NCBI GenBank assembly: GCA_030390025.1
Contig: CM059432.1
Span: 56,794,001 to 56,858,000, forward strand
DNA: 64,000 nt
DNA from: Squalus acanthias
Taxonomy: Eukaryota
Reading direction: 5' to 3'
The number at the start of each line of letters is the position of its first letter. Within the stretch, counting starts at the first letter, position 1. Below are positions 35,931 to 49,497 of the stretch, in pieces. The position numbers were made by a program, and so were the translations under genes. The notes beneath the pieces are model-generated. The model was not told where the DNA came from and made no database searches. It worked only from the letters and a program-made list of their open reading frames with translations.

Positions 35931-38379
35931 CACTGCTCCCCTCTGCTTATTTCTCTGCAACTCCTCGACAAGCTCAAGCTCTGTAAGGTTGAGAGGAATT
36001 CCATGAAGAGTGCCCATTGTAACACTTTAGGGTGCCCAAGATGAGTTTTATGCTCACTGAAACATTATAAGGTGGAAAAAAAACAAGCTTACTCAGAAAC
36101 ATAAAGTCAAAAAGAAATTAATAAACAAATCCACCGAGCGAAATGCAGACAGGGGTCTTTTGCGGGGTTTAGAGAGTTGCCTTCACACATCTGAGGCAGA
36201 CCTTGGGGAAATTAATGAGGCACTACATAATCATAATTTTTGTGGGCTTAACAGGTCTATTGTGCGTTCCCAGCGAGAATATCAAGTGAGCCCAGCACAG
36301 CCCGGACAAAAATAAGTGGCTGGGTCATCTTGGCACGATGCAAGTGCAAAGCCCACTCAGATGCTTTTCCATGCACTCCTATCTGTGCCAGCGATGTACA
36401 TATGCGATTGGTGCATCAGAGCAGAAAATTTACCCTTAAGTTTTGTTTTTAGGGAAATGAATGCTTTGTTTACCCACTAAAATTGAATAAATAAAAAAAT
36501 ACCACAGTTACTTAAATAAATCTCTGCATAAAATATGGAGAGCAGCTCTTTACTGTATGTTTAGATGATGTATTTTTTTTATTACAAAAACAAAGAAATA
36601 TATAACAATTTTAGTTAAATTCTTTTATTATGCCCATTTCCCTCTTTATCAGCTAACTCTGCAACAGTAAAGACTTTTAAACTCAAGACCACTTTTTCAA
36701 AACCTCCCTCCAAACTTGAATAATGGTACAGAACTTCCAGGAATTGCTACCTGTTGATATAAACATAAATGAAAGAAATGCGATGTATTTTTAATTGTCG
36801 TTAGACAAAGACTGAAGTATTTCTCATTTTGAATCACATCACTAGCCAGTAATCAATTGTCAAAACAAATTTCAGACCATGTTCACCATTTTCACAAGAT
36901 GGTGTCATGTCGAATCCTTTAGGCATGTGGTTTAAACAATAAATATAGATCATCATCAGCAGCATTATGTGCATGATCGACAATACACGGCAACAGAAAT
37001 GCTCTGGAACAAATCATTATTTTACATTAAACAGTCACAAAACTTCAAAGCCTACATCTAGATACTCCTGTTTATATTAATAGTGTCATCTACCAGTTAC
37101 TGTTCAGTTCTGCTAAATTCATAATTTCTTGTGTGGTGAGATCAGCTATCAGCTCTTTTCCTCCTCCCCATCTCTGGCTGCAACCTTGGTTATTATGGCC
37201 ACTGACCTTTTATAAACTATGCAAGAATAAGTAGTATCTATGAAGTTGCTGGTAATATGAGACATCTATGCACGCAACACCCATAGTGCATAATATTTTT
37301 AGTGTCTTTACTTCCACATTTACCTGATGGTAGTATTCTGTGCATTACAAATGAATAATTAAGCTGTTTCGATTGAATGTTTTAAGCATCATTCACAATT
37401 ATTCCAATTTACATTGCATCAATAATATAATTGAAAAGTGTAAAATATTTTCTACATGCTTTTGTTCAGTTGGAAAATAGTGATTACTTCATCATGTTTC
37501 ATTCAGTGCACAAACATTGGGTGAAATGGAGATGTAATTAAACTAATCAAGTTTCTAAAACAAGGACAAGACCTATTGATCTTGTATTGCTTGACATATT
37601 TTGCCATTCATGAAAACTATTGATCTTAGCTGTAATTAAAACAAAATGTCATTGTAAAATAAAAGATAATTGTGTTATGTCTTCTGAAAGCATGTTGAAT
37701 GCCCAATGTCTTTTTGAATCAATAATACATAAGCAGAAGACATTTTGATAAAGGAAGAAAAAAAATTGATGTTTAGAGACCAATATTATTTTAAGCTTGG
37801 TTACTTAGAATTCTTTTAAAAAAAAAACTCTTTTTACTGAGCAACCTTTATTCACTCATCCAATTTATTGGAACCTGCAGAATATATGGGGAATGATTGT
37901 TTCATCCATTAAACCATCTTCTTTCAAAAGTTGTAAAAAAAAGCTTACAGGATGGCATAATATGGTTTCTCTTACTTCCCCCAAAATTGTTTAATAATGA
38001 GAATTACAATACCAGTTTTAAAAGGCACTCCAACAAACCTATTTCATTCTCTACTTTATACCTATAATTTCTTTGCCAGACAGTTTACACTAAGCCCATT
38101 ATATGTTCACCAAAATAAAGGTGTTTGTCGAAACTCTAAATGTTAATCTATTGAATACAAATTACCCAAGTACCATACATCCTTTTTCCTGAAGTCCACA
38201 TTTGATATACAGTGTTGTTGACAGGAACCATATAAATGCACAATTTTATAGTAACCACTGTTTAGTTGAAGCATGCTGTCTCTAGTTTTTATTATCGTTG
38301 ATTCCTTTGCAATTTGTCTCGTGTATTATTGTTCTCTCATGCTCGCGCTCTATTTCTCTCACTTCCTGGGATATGGGTC

Positions 38380-38690
38380 CATTGGCACTGTTCACACCAT
38401 GGTATCTTGCCCAAGTGGGCCTTATTCATGTGCGAGCCTTGATAGTGAGGGTCATTAGCTAATCAACTGCAAGAGCATCACGGCTGAGCCCAATCCTGTC
38501 CTCAGCTAATGTTCATGCAGGCAGGGGTCACTGGATAATGATGAAGAAGGGAACCCTCTTTGATTTTCTCCTCCCTAACTCAGCACTAATGTCAATTGTA
38601 GCAGGCCTACCATCACACCCATCTTCCCAGCTGAGATCAGCTAACCGAGAGTGCGGGGATCATACTCGTAACTTTGCTGATCAGTATGCC
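38380..38690 (-). mobile_element. Old SINE-like repeat related to 9150-9460
   Basis: Local similarity between the two loci only. Confidence 0.4.
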
Positions 38691-39653
38691 CGCTGGAGGA
38701 GCACTTCTCAGTAAGCACCACCAGCACAATTGGAGAAATAATAAAAGATGAATGTTATGTAAAAAAAAATTGGCATTGAACAGTTAAAATGCCCTTTACT
38801 TAAAAACATTTAAAAGGGACGAGGTTGATGCTTTGCAACCCAAGCACCCCATGATTTTTGATTGCAACTTCTGATTTTTTTTAATAACTCACAGGCATAG
38901 AAATTCAATTGCACAGTGCCTCTTTTCCAGGCAAACAACAGGCTATGCAGGGCCCAATACAGCGTGCAGCACGAGTGCGCTCAGTCCACACTAGAAGTGT
39001 GTCACACACCGTATTGGTTATTGTAGTTGTCCAAGGCGCCCGCCTGAAACTAGCGTTAGTCCCTTCAGCAAATCGGGGCGTAACGTCTGTTTCAGGCCCC
39101 TTTGTGAAATTGGTTGGCGACTGAGTTTTCTCAGGTGCACAGCAGAAAAAGCAGTGGTCGTTAAAAAGACTGCTGGAGGCCGTCATCCAAAAGGATGAAC
39201 GTTAAATGTTAAAAAGTTCAATGTTTTTTACTTGCCTAAATGTGGAGCCAGGAGGATCAGGAAGCTCCACATTAAAACTGCAGGCCGCAGTACTCCCAAA
39301 ATCTTCCAAAAGTAGTAAGCCATGCAGCTATACAATTGTAACTATTTAAAGACATTACAATTCAAGAATCATCCCTACCTAACAAACAAAGGCTAAAAGG
39401 TAATATTACTACAATATAAAGACAAATCATTAGCAGTATTATATTTGCACACTTCATCAGATCACATCAAATCAGTTAGCAACACTCTTCTGCCAGCCTG
39501 ATTAACCCTTTCCTTACACCTTGAGTTCCATCATAATGGGCCGGAGTTCGTGGTCAGTGGTGAATGAATGGCGCTTGCACTTACACTTGCCCATAGACTT
39601 TTTATGGGCTTTTGCAATGGGAGTTCCAGTCAGGCAACTATTGAAAAAGCACA

Positions 39654-42348
39654 AAATAACAACAGAAAACGCTGAAAAAACTCAGCAGGCCAGGCAGCGT
39701 GGAGAGAGAAACAGGGTCAACGCTTCAGGTCGAAGACCTTTCATCAGATCTGGAAAAAAGCAGGAAATGGAATAGATTTTAAAGCAAGTTTAGGGGCTGG
39801 GAAAAGGGGGAGGGGATGAAAGAACAAAAGGGAAGGTCAGTGACAGGATAGAAAGCAGGAGAGATTAAGAGACATTGAGAGACATTAAGAGATATTCAAG
39901 GCAAGAGGAGGTGGTAATGGGACATGTTAAGGAACAAAGGATGGCTCGAGATGAAGTGTGAATTGCGCTGGCAGAATGAAGGACAGCTGCCATGTGGGAG
40001 GGAAGAAAAAAAGGCCAAACAAAAAGTGTGGATAAAAATATATATATATAGGATAGGGGCCGAGGTTATGATCTGAAATTGTTGAACTCTGTGTTGAGTC
40101 CAGAGGGCTGTAGGGTGTCTAATCGAAAGATGAGGTGCTGTTCCTCGAGCTTACGCTGAGCTTCCATGGAACAATGCAAGAGGCCGAAGACGGTGAGGTC
40201 TGAGTGGGAATGGAGCGGTGAATTAAAGTGACAGGCCACCGGGAGCTCGCGGTCCCCCTTACGGACTGAACGGAGGTGTTCCGCAAAGCGGTCACCCAAT
40301 CTGCCCAATGAAGAGGAGACCACATTGTGAGCAGCGAATACAGTATACTAAATTGCAAGAAGTACAAGTAAATCGCTGTTTCACCTGGAAGGGGTGTTTG
40401 GGGCCCTGGAAAGGGGGGGAGGTATAAGGGCATGTGTTGCATCACCTGCGCTTGCACAGGAAGGTGCCGGGCGAAGGGGAAGGGGTGCTGGGGGTGGTAG
40501 AGGAGTGGACTAGGGTGTCGCGGAGGGAGCGGTCCCTACGGAATCCTGAAAGGGGAGGTGAGGGGAAGATGGTGGGATCACGCTGGAGGTGGCGGAAATG
40601 GCGGAGGATGATCCGTTGAATGTGGGGTGAAAGGTGAGGACAAGGGGAACTCAATCGTCATTCCGGGAGGGAGGGGCAGAAGTGCGGGAAATAGAACGGA
40701 CACGGTCGAGGGCCGTGTCAACCACAGTAGAGGGGAATCCTCGGTTGAGGAAAAAGGAAGACGTGTCGGAAGCACTGGTATGGAAGGTGGCATCGTCAGA
40801 GCAGATGCGGCGGAGATGGAGAAACTTGGAGAATGGAATAGAGTCCTTACAGGAGGTGGGGTGGGAGGAAGTGTAGTCCAGGTAGCTGTGGGAGTCAGTG
40901 GGCTTGTAGTGAATGTTTGTCAATAACCTATCCCCAGAGATGGAGACGGAGAAGTCGAGGAAGGGAAGGGAAGAGTCGGAGATGGACCATGTGAAGGTGA
41001 GGGAAGGGTGGAAATTGGAAGCAAAGTGAAAGAGATTTTCTAGTTCAGGGAAAGAGCAGGAGACGGCACCGATACAGTCATCAATGTACCGGAAAAAGAG
41101 GTGAGGGAGGGGACCCGAGTCGGACTGGAACAAAGAGTGTTCCACATATCCCACGAAAAGGCAGGCATAGCTAGGACCCATGCGGGTACCCATAGCAACA
41201 CCTTGATTTGGAGGAAATGAGTGGAGTCAAAGGAGAAGTTGTTCAATGTGAGAACAAGTTCAGCCAGGCGGAGAATGGTGGTAGTGGATGGGGACTGGTT
41301 GGGCCTCTGTTCAAGGAAGAAGCGGAGCGCCCTCAGGCCATCCTGGTGGGGGATGGAGGTGTAGAGGGATTGTACGTCCATAGTGAAAAGTAGGCGGTTG
41401 GGGCCAGGAAACTGTTAAAGTGGCGGACGGCGTCGGAAGAGTCACGAATGTAGGTGGGAAGAGACTGGACAAGGGGAGAAAAAATAGAGTCGAGATAGGA
41501 AGAGATAAGTTCCGTGGGGAAAGAACAGGCTGAAACGATGGGTCTACCAGGGCAGTCCTGTTTGTGGATCTTGGGAAGGAGGTAGAAGCGGGCTGTGCGG
41601 GGTTCGGTGACTATGAAGTTGGCGGCCGTGGGAGGGAAGATCTCCAGAGGAGATGAGGTCAGTGACAGTCTTGGAAACGGTGGCTTGATGTTCGGTAGTG
41701 GGGTCATGGTCCAGGTGGAGGTAGGAGGAGGTGTCGGAGAGTTGGCGTTCAGCTTCCGCTAGGTAGAGGTCGGTTTGCCAAACAACAACAGCACCACCCT
41801 TGTCAGCCGGTTTAATGACAATGTCGGGGTTGGATCTGAGAGAATGGAGTGCTGCAAGTTCAGAGGGAGGTAGGTTGGAGTGAGTGAGGGGAACAGAGAA
41901 ATGGAGACAGCCGATGTCACGGGCCGTGGATTTTTTTATCCACACTTTTTGTTTGGCCTTTTTTTCTTCCCTCCCACATGGCAGCTGTCCTTCATTCTGC
42001 CAGCGCAATTCACACTTCATCTAGAGCCATCCTTTGTTCCTTAACCTGTCCCATTACCACCTCCTCTTGCCTTGAATATCTCTTAATGTCTCTCAATGTC
42101 TCTTAATCTCTCCTGCTTTCTATCCTATCACTGACCTTCCCTTTTGTTCTTTCATCCCCTCCCCCTTTTCCCAGCCCCTAAACTTGCTTTAAAATCTATT
42201 CCATTTCCTGCTTTTTTCCAGTTCTAACGAAAGGTCTTCAACCTGAAACGTTAACTCTCTTTCTCTCTCCACGGATGCTGCCTGGCCTGCTGAGTTTTTC
42301 CAGCATTTTCTGTTGTTATTTCGGATTTCCAGCATCCGCAGTATTTTG
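39654..42348 (-). mobile_element. Penelope-like element with inverted pseudo-LTR arms of about 385 bp and a tail
   Basis: IVIKPADKGGAVVVW, RFYLLPKIHK..GRPIVS, MDVQSLYTSIPH, FFRYIDDC, GIY-YIG remnant. 39654-40039 is inverted at about 41933-42321. TSD CTATTGAAAAAGCACA at 39638-39653 and 42349-42364. Confidence 0.95.
42220..42256 (+). ncRNA. Degenerate hammerhead motif (core CUAACGA); partner at 39714-39751 (minus) is also mutated (GAAG)
   Basis: agttctaacgaaaggtcttcaacctgaaacgttaact compared with the intact copy at 15574-15610. Confidence 0.65.
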
Positions 42349-45300
42349 CTATTGAAAAAGCACAGTTCCCTCTACAAAGCATCTGGGACCTATGTGAACA
42401 GGGCAAGCAACTGTGTATCTCCTTAACCAATCAGATTGAAGAATGATTAATAAGCAGCGCAGAGTCTGAACCAGGAAGTGTAAGTTAGAATATTGAATTC
42501 AATGTTAAATCATGTACAGAAAACAAAATAAAGTGAAGGAAAGAAAGATTGGATTAAGAGAGAGCGAGAGATAAAAGGGACAGAAAGAAAAAGTCAATAA
42601 AAATGTTTTTAAAATTTTTTAAAATCTCCAACAATAATTAAAATCTGAAGGAATGAGACGCCACATTTGTTAAAGTTAATTTTCAGCGCCCGAGAGGTTG
42701 TTTGGCAGTCATTAAGACTTATCACACCATTAAAAATTTACTTACATTAGAATGAACAACCCCATCTTTTTCTAGCTAGTAAGTACAGGAACTTCACGCC
42801 ATTTCATATGTTTTAGTGCCGAGTGAGATACCATTCTCGCGCAGCTTTTGGAGGAGCAGAGCATCTCGGATAGCAGCTTCCTGATTTATGCATTTAACTG
42901 CGCATGTGTGGTCGCTGGAAGTTGCTGTCCGAGTTATATGTTAATAACGGTGATCGCCGTGGCAGGCTCAATGTTCAAACAGAATGGAGTAATAGAGAAA
43001 GTTTCTGTATCGAGATCAAAATGCGAGTTGGAGGAGAAAAGTAAACCTAAAAAGTCAGCTTTCTCTTTCCAAGACGGAGGAGGGTTAGAAAGGAAGGTTA
43101 ATTAAAGTTACAAGAGACAGCTTTGGCAAGGCAACAGATGGAACAACTCTACTGAAAGAGCAGGAAGACAGCAGTTAACCCAGTTTTGTTGCAGTGAGGT
43201 TCCTCATTTGTATCTTGTTCAAGGTGTCTTTGCTATTGTTTTTACCTGTGTACAAAAATATTGTTGCAGCCTTCAAATAATTTATTTTTTCTGTTTAATG
43301 AAGCACTGTTTCTTTGCTTTGCAATCAGCAAAATCTTGAAGGACTATCAGGCTGTGTAATGTAACAGTTTTGATGCAGTGTTGAGTTTCACCTCCGTTGC
43401 CCCCGCAATGTGCCTTAAGGCAACCATGTGATGTGTCAATGTTAAATTTTCAATTCTCAAACTATCTATTTTGAGAGACAGTCAGTTATCTTGCCCAATT
43501 AATGCCAATTCTGAGCATATTTTTTGGTCTTGCACCTGTTACATAAGAACATAAGAAATAGGAGCAGGAGTAGGGCATTCGGCATCTCGAGCCTGCCCAA
43601 CCATTCAATAAGATCATGCCTAATCTGATCTTGGCCTCAACTCCACTTTCCCGCCCGCTCCCCATAACCCTTGACTCCCCTGTAGCTCAAAAATATCTCT
43701 ATCTCCACCTTGAATATATTCAATGACTCCGCCTCCACAGCTCTCTGGGGTAGAGAATTACAAAGATTCACAACCCTCTGAGAAGAAATTCCTTCTCATC
43801 TCCATTTTAAATAGGCGACCCCTTTTCCTGAAACTATGCTCCCTAGTTCTAGATTCCTGCACGAGGGGAAACATCCTACCTGCATCTACCCTGTCAAGCC
43901 CCCTCAGAATCATATATGTTTCAATAAGATCACCTCCTATTCTCCTAAACTCCAATGAGTATAAGCCCAACCTTTCTTCATAAGACAACCCCTTCATCTC
44001 AGGAATTAACCTAGTGACCTTCTCTGAACTTCCTCCAATGCAGGTTTTTCCTTCCTTAAATAAGGAGACAAAAACTGCACGCAGTACTCCAGGTGTGGCC
44101 TCACCAACGCCCTGTACAGCTGTAGCAAGACTTCCCTACTTTTATACTCCATCCCCCTTGCAATAAAGGCCAACATTCCATTTGCCTTCCTAATTACTTG
44201 CTGTACCTGCATGCTAACTTTTTGTGTTTCATGTACGAGGACCCCCAGATCCCTCTGTACCACAGCATCATGTAGTCTCTCTCCATTTAAATAATAATTT
44301 GCTTTTTTATTTTTCCTACCAAAGTGGATAACCTCACATTTTCCCACATGATACTCCATCTGCCAAATTTTTGCGTACTCACTTAACCTATCTATATCCC
44401 TTTGCAGACACTTTGTGTCCTCCTCACAACTTACTTTCCCACCTATCTTTGTATCATCAGCAAATTTGGCTACAGTACACACAGTTCCTTCATCCAAGTC
44501 ATTAATATAGATTGTAAATAGTTGAGGCCCCAGCACTGATCCCTGTGGCACCCCACTAGTTACAGTTTGCCAACTAGAAAATGATCCATTTATCCCAACT
44601 CTCTGTTTTTGTTAGTAGCCGATCCTCTATAGATGCTAATATATTACCCCCAACCCCGTGAGCTCTTATCTTGTGCAGTAACCTTTTATGTGGTACCTTA
44701 TCGAATGCCTTCTGGAAATCCAAATACACTACATCTACTGGTTCCCCTTTATCCACCCTGCTCGTTACATCCTCCAAGAACTCTAGTAAATTTGTCAAAC
44801 ACGATTTCTCTTTCATAAAACCATGTTGACTCTGCTTTGATTGTATTATGATTTTCTAAATGTCCTGCTATTACTTCCTTAATAATGGATTTCAGCATTT
44901 TCCCAATGACAGATGTTAGGATAACTGGCCTATAGTTTCCTGCTTTCTGCCTCCCTCCATTCTTGAATAGGGGCATTACATTTGCGGTTTTCTAATCCGC
45001 TTGGACCTCTCCAGAATCCAGGGAATTTTGGTAGATTAAAACCAACGCATCCACTATCTCTGCAGCCACTTCTTTTAAGACCCTGGGATGCAGGCCATCA
45101 GGTCCAAGGGACTTGTCAACCTTTAGTCCCATTAGTTTGCCTAGTACTTTTTCTCTAATGAGAGTCATTGTTTTAAGTTCCTTCCTCCCTATAGACCCTT
45201 GATTATTATTGGGATGCTTTTAGTGTCTTCTACCGTGAAGACCAATACAAAATATTTGTGCAAAGTCTCTGTCATTTCCCTGTTTCCCATTATTAATTCC

Positions 45301-46149
45301 CCAGTCTCATCCTCTAAGGGACCAACATTTACTTTAGTTACTCTCTTTTTTATATACCTGTAGAAGTGCTTGCTGTCTGTTTTTATATTTTTTGCTAGTT
45401 TACTTTCATAATCAATCTTCTTCCTCTTTTGTTTTAGTCATCCTTTGCTGGTTTCTAAAAATTTCCCAATCCTCTGGCCTATCACTAATCTTCGCAACAT
45501 TGTATGCCTTTTCTTTCAATTTGATACCATCCTTAACCTCCTTCGTTAGCCACGGATGGTTCATCCTTCTCGTAGAGTCTTTTTTTTTCACTGGAATAAA
45601 CCTTTGCTGAGAGTTATGAAATATCTCCTTAAATGTCTACTACTGCTTATCTACCGTTTTACCCTATAATCTATTTTCCCAGTCCACTTTAGCCAACTCT
45701 GTCTTCATACCTTTGTAATTGCCTTTATTTAAGTTTACGACACTAGTTTCAGACCCAAGTTTCTCGCCCTCAAACTGAATTTGAAATTCTATCATGCTAT
45801 GATCACTCTTCCCTAGAGGATCCTTTACTATGAGATCATGAATTCATCCTATCTCATTACACATTACCAGGTCTAAAATAGCCTTCTCCCTGGTTGGTTC
45901 CACAACGTATTGTTCTAAGAAACCATCCCGAATACATTCTATGAACTCGTCCTCAAGGCTACCTTTGCCAATTTGATTTGTCCAATCTATATGAAGATTA
46001 AAATCGCCCATGAATATCGCAGCACCTTTCTTAGAAGCTCCTATTATTTCTTGATTTATACTCTGTCCTACAGTGTAACTAATGCCTTCTCCTTTCTCTT
46101 TGACTTTCTAAATGCCCCTTCACCTGAACCCTCCCCTCCCACTATTTAG

Positions 46150-47074
46150 TTTAAAGCCCTATCTACCGCCCTAGTTATTCGATTTGCCAGGACACTGGTC
46201 CCAGCATGGTTCAAGTGAAGCCCGTCGCAATGGAACAGCTCCCTCTTTCCCCAGTACTGGTGCCAGTGCCCCATGAATCGAAACCCATTTCACCCACACA
46301 ATCTTTGAGCCACGCATTCAACTCTCTGATCTTATTGACCCTTTGTGAATTTGCTCGTGGCTCAGGTAGTAATCCAGAGATTATTACCTTTGTGGTTCTG
46401 CTTTTAAATTTGGCTGCTCATACTTCCTCAGCAGAACTTCTTTTTTAGTCCTACCTATGTCGTTGGTACCTACGTGGACCACGACAACTGGATCTTTCAC
46501 CTCCCACTCCAAGTTCCTCTCTAGCCCCGAGGAGATGTCATTAACCCTGGCACCGGGCAGACAACACAGCCTTCGGGACTCTCGCTCTCGGCTGCAGAGA
46601 ACAGTATTTATCCCCCTAACTATACTGTCCCTGACCACTACTACATTCCTTTTTACTCCCCCAACTTGAATGGCCCCCTGTACCATGGTGCTGTGGTCAG
46701 TTTGCTCATCCTCCCTGCAATCCCTGCTCTCGTCCACACAGGCTGCAAGAACCTCGTACCTGTTGGACAAGTGCAAGGGCTGAGGCTCCTCCAATGCTAC
46801 CTTCTGGATCCCCATACCTGCCTCACTTGCAGTCACACCCTCCTGACCACAGACCTGATTAACCTAAGGGGTGTGACTGCCTCCTGGAACAAAATATCCA
46901 GGTAATTTCCTCCCTGATGTATCGCAGTGTCCGAAACTCGGACTCCAGCTCATCAACTCTGAGCCGAAGTTCCTCGACCTGCAGACACTTACTGCAGATG
47001 TGATCGCTGTGGATCACACTGGGGTCCTCCAGCTCCCACATGCTACAGCTGCAACACATCGCCTGCCCTGCCAT
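46150..47074 (-). pseudogene. CR1 ORF1: zinc finger/leucine zipper plus SGNH esterase-like domain, frameshifted
   Basis: CxxC..CxxC, LSNRYEVL, VVVVRDSIVRG (GDS block), CLPGARV, VVVVHVGTNDIG (GxND block). Confidence 0.85.
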
Positions 47075-47204
47075 CTCTATTGTATTTTATTTAACTAATT
47101 AGGCTTTCAAGTTTTGGAATATCACTCAATTGTCTATATATAGTTTTTAATCTATAATCACGGCTCTTAATTTAAACCAATGCCCTAGTTTAGAGAAAAA
47201 GAGA

Positions 47205-47533
47205 AATACTCACAGAATCTCCCGCCCGCTCTGTATACTCGCAGAATCTCCCGCTCTTTATACTCGCAGAATCTCCCACTCTGTATACTCGCAGAATCTC
47301 CCGCTCTGTATACTCGCTGAATCTCCCGCTCTGTATACTCGCTGAATCTCCCGCTCTGTATACTCGCTGAATCTCCCGCTCTGTATACTCGCAGAATCTC
47401 CCACTCTGTATACTCGCTGAATCTCCCGCTCTGTATACTCGCAGAATCTCCCACTCTGTATACTCGCAGAATCTCCCGCTCTGTATACTCGCAGAATCTC
47501 CCGCTCTGTATACTCGCAGAATCTCCCGCTCTG
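47205..47533. repeat. 25-bp minisatellite, about 13 copies, at the CR1 5' end
   Basis: Unit AATCTCCCGCTCTGTATACTCGC(A/T)G. It produces the 25-aa periodic spurious ORFs. Confidence 0.95.
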
Positions 47534-49497
47534 TTGAGAGATGGACTGAACCCTCTCCAAAAATATTACACTTGATAATCCTCAGCAGACATTATGGAAA
47601 TGAGACCAACCCTTCTGTCTGGACTGAATTTGAACCTCGGTCCCAGATTATATTGTTTTAACTCACTGTTACCACCCATTTGCTCAAAACAGCGTTGGAT
47701 CTACTGCACTTCTGATCTCAGAGAAAAAAATCCTTTTTTTCCACTAAGGAGCACTTATTGTTTGAATAATGCAGCACACTTCTACCAAAAATTTGGTCAT
47801 TAAATGATCAATGTTTTTGTGGTTCCAGAAACCGGTTTGGAAAAACAATATTTTAAAACTGTCATTTTATCCATTGAAATCATTTTGTCACTATTTTAAC
47901 ATCTGCAATCAGATGCAGTAGGCTGCATTATTATATAAATAAGTTGTTTTGCTGCATCTTAATCTTATTGTAGACTCAATCAGAATCCAACTGTCTGCTT
48001 CAATCAAATATTAAAAACTTGAACTATGTCTTTGTTACCTTTTTTAAAAAAAAAAGTAAAGTTGCTGTTTTGACCGTATATGGATGCTAGGATTAATGGC
48101 TATGCTAAGTCGTTAGTTCTGGCAAGTGATTTGCTATTTTTCAGATCTTTTCAGAAATCAACAAAATTGTGTACTTTGATGCAGCAAATTGTGCTACATG
48201 TGAAAAGTGTAGACTTTTTTGCAATTTGTCACAGGTATTGTGCCTTACCAAATCAGTAACTCTCCTAGTTGGAGCAGGACTGTGGACCTTTAAAACCAGC
48301 CGTTGCTGGCATAATATTTTCTTTTATGTTGCTGGTTAGTTCTATGAAAACAACAAGAATAACAATGATGCAGAATGCAATGAGAATTAAAAAAAATTCT
48401 GTACCCAAGTACAAAAATTGACAATGTTGATGCTCACTAATGCAATTTAGTTTTAGTTACCCTTTTTAGCAGATATTCTCAGATTTTCGTTATTTTGGTA
48501 GATTCTATAAATGTGTTGTAATTTTAGCTGCAGTGTTGACTATTCCAAGCTACTATTTGGATTTCTCTTTGCCTCTCTCCTCTCTCAGGAGCTGCTCACT
48601 GTAATGCAGCTTCCTTCAATTGAGTGCATTTTGGCACAACAAACACACCTCCCAACAGCTTGCTTAAATTATTGACAAGCAAAGTGAAAAGCTTTTCTCC
48701 CCTTCCTTACCCTGCCTTAGTGTGGCACTCCATAGCACCTTGAATAAGATTTGATAGAGTGCAGTCCCACCAGCAGCAAACATCAAAGAGTGACCAGCAG
48801 TTCTGGGCTTGTAACATGCAATCACAAGATGGGACTGTAGCTGTTCTGTTGTTCATACAACTGGCTGCCAGACTTTTATTTAGTAAGGCTTGAAAGGAAT
48901 CACAACTCATTTCTCTTTATTAGTCTGCGACACTTATATGCCTAATAGTTTTAAATATCTTTTGAATTAATAATTGACCTGATAATTTGGATCCTGAAAT
49001 TGATTTTTCTGTCTATTATTTATGATCACATCAAATCTGAAGTACATTTACACTACAACTGCTTTGCACCATTGCTAAGAAATTGTAATATGAAGCTAGA
49101 ATCAGACTCAACCTCCAGGGACTCTCACTCCACTTTGTCCTGTAGTTGGGTCTGGTTGTGACTCCAATTTTGCACTGGTCCAGTTTTTGCACATTTGAAC
49201 GTCACGAATGTTGGGACCCCTTGCCTCGGCGGCAATGGCTGAAAGGCAAGTCTCGGGAAGGGGGTTTGAGTGGACAATGGAAGGGGTGGTGAGTAGCACC
49301 GACTGTGGAGTCAGGGCAGTGCATATGCTTCTCCTGGCTCCATGGGAAGGTTTTTGGAAAAAAAATCTTTTTTTTAAACTTACTTTTAGTTGGTGACTGC
49401 TGAAGAAGCCTGAGCGGTTAGGCCTGTGCCCAGCTTGGCCATCGCTGTCCAATTTCTATGAGGGGACCTAAAACCGGCATTAGGCCCCTTATTTACA

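Larger units (their letters stand above)
39538..42969 (+). mobile_element. Harbinger-type MITE family B, split by a PLE insertion
   Basis: Starts gggccggagttc after AAT. Continues at 42365-42969 colinear with the reverse complement of 26490-27182. Degenerate right end followed by AAT. Confidence 0.7.
43541..47533 (-). mobile_element. Near full-length decayed CR1 LINE (5' UTR repeats, ORF1, ORF2 with deletion near 46080, 3' tail)
   Basis: ORF1 zinc finger 46859-47074 and esterase 46384-46836. RT ORFs 43758-44976. Tail acataagaacataagaaataggagcagg. Confidence 0.95.

Noticed and set aside
47185..47560. Repetitive ORFs or a CRISPR-like array
   Set aside because: Head-to-tail 25-bp minisatellite with no unique spacers; the protein periodicity is an artefact.
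48580..48700. Possible host exon after the strong acceptor ctctctcctctctcag
   Set aside because: All three frames stop within about 30 codons, there is no convincing donor, and I recognise no protein similarity.
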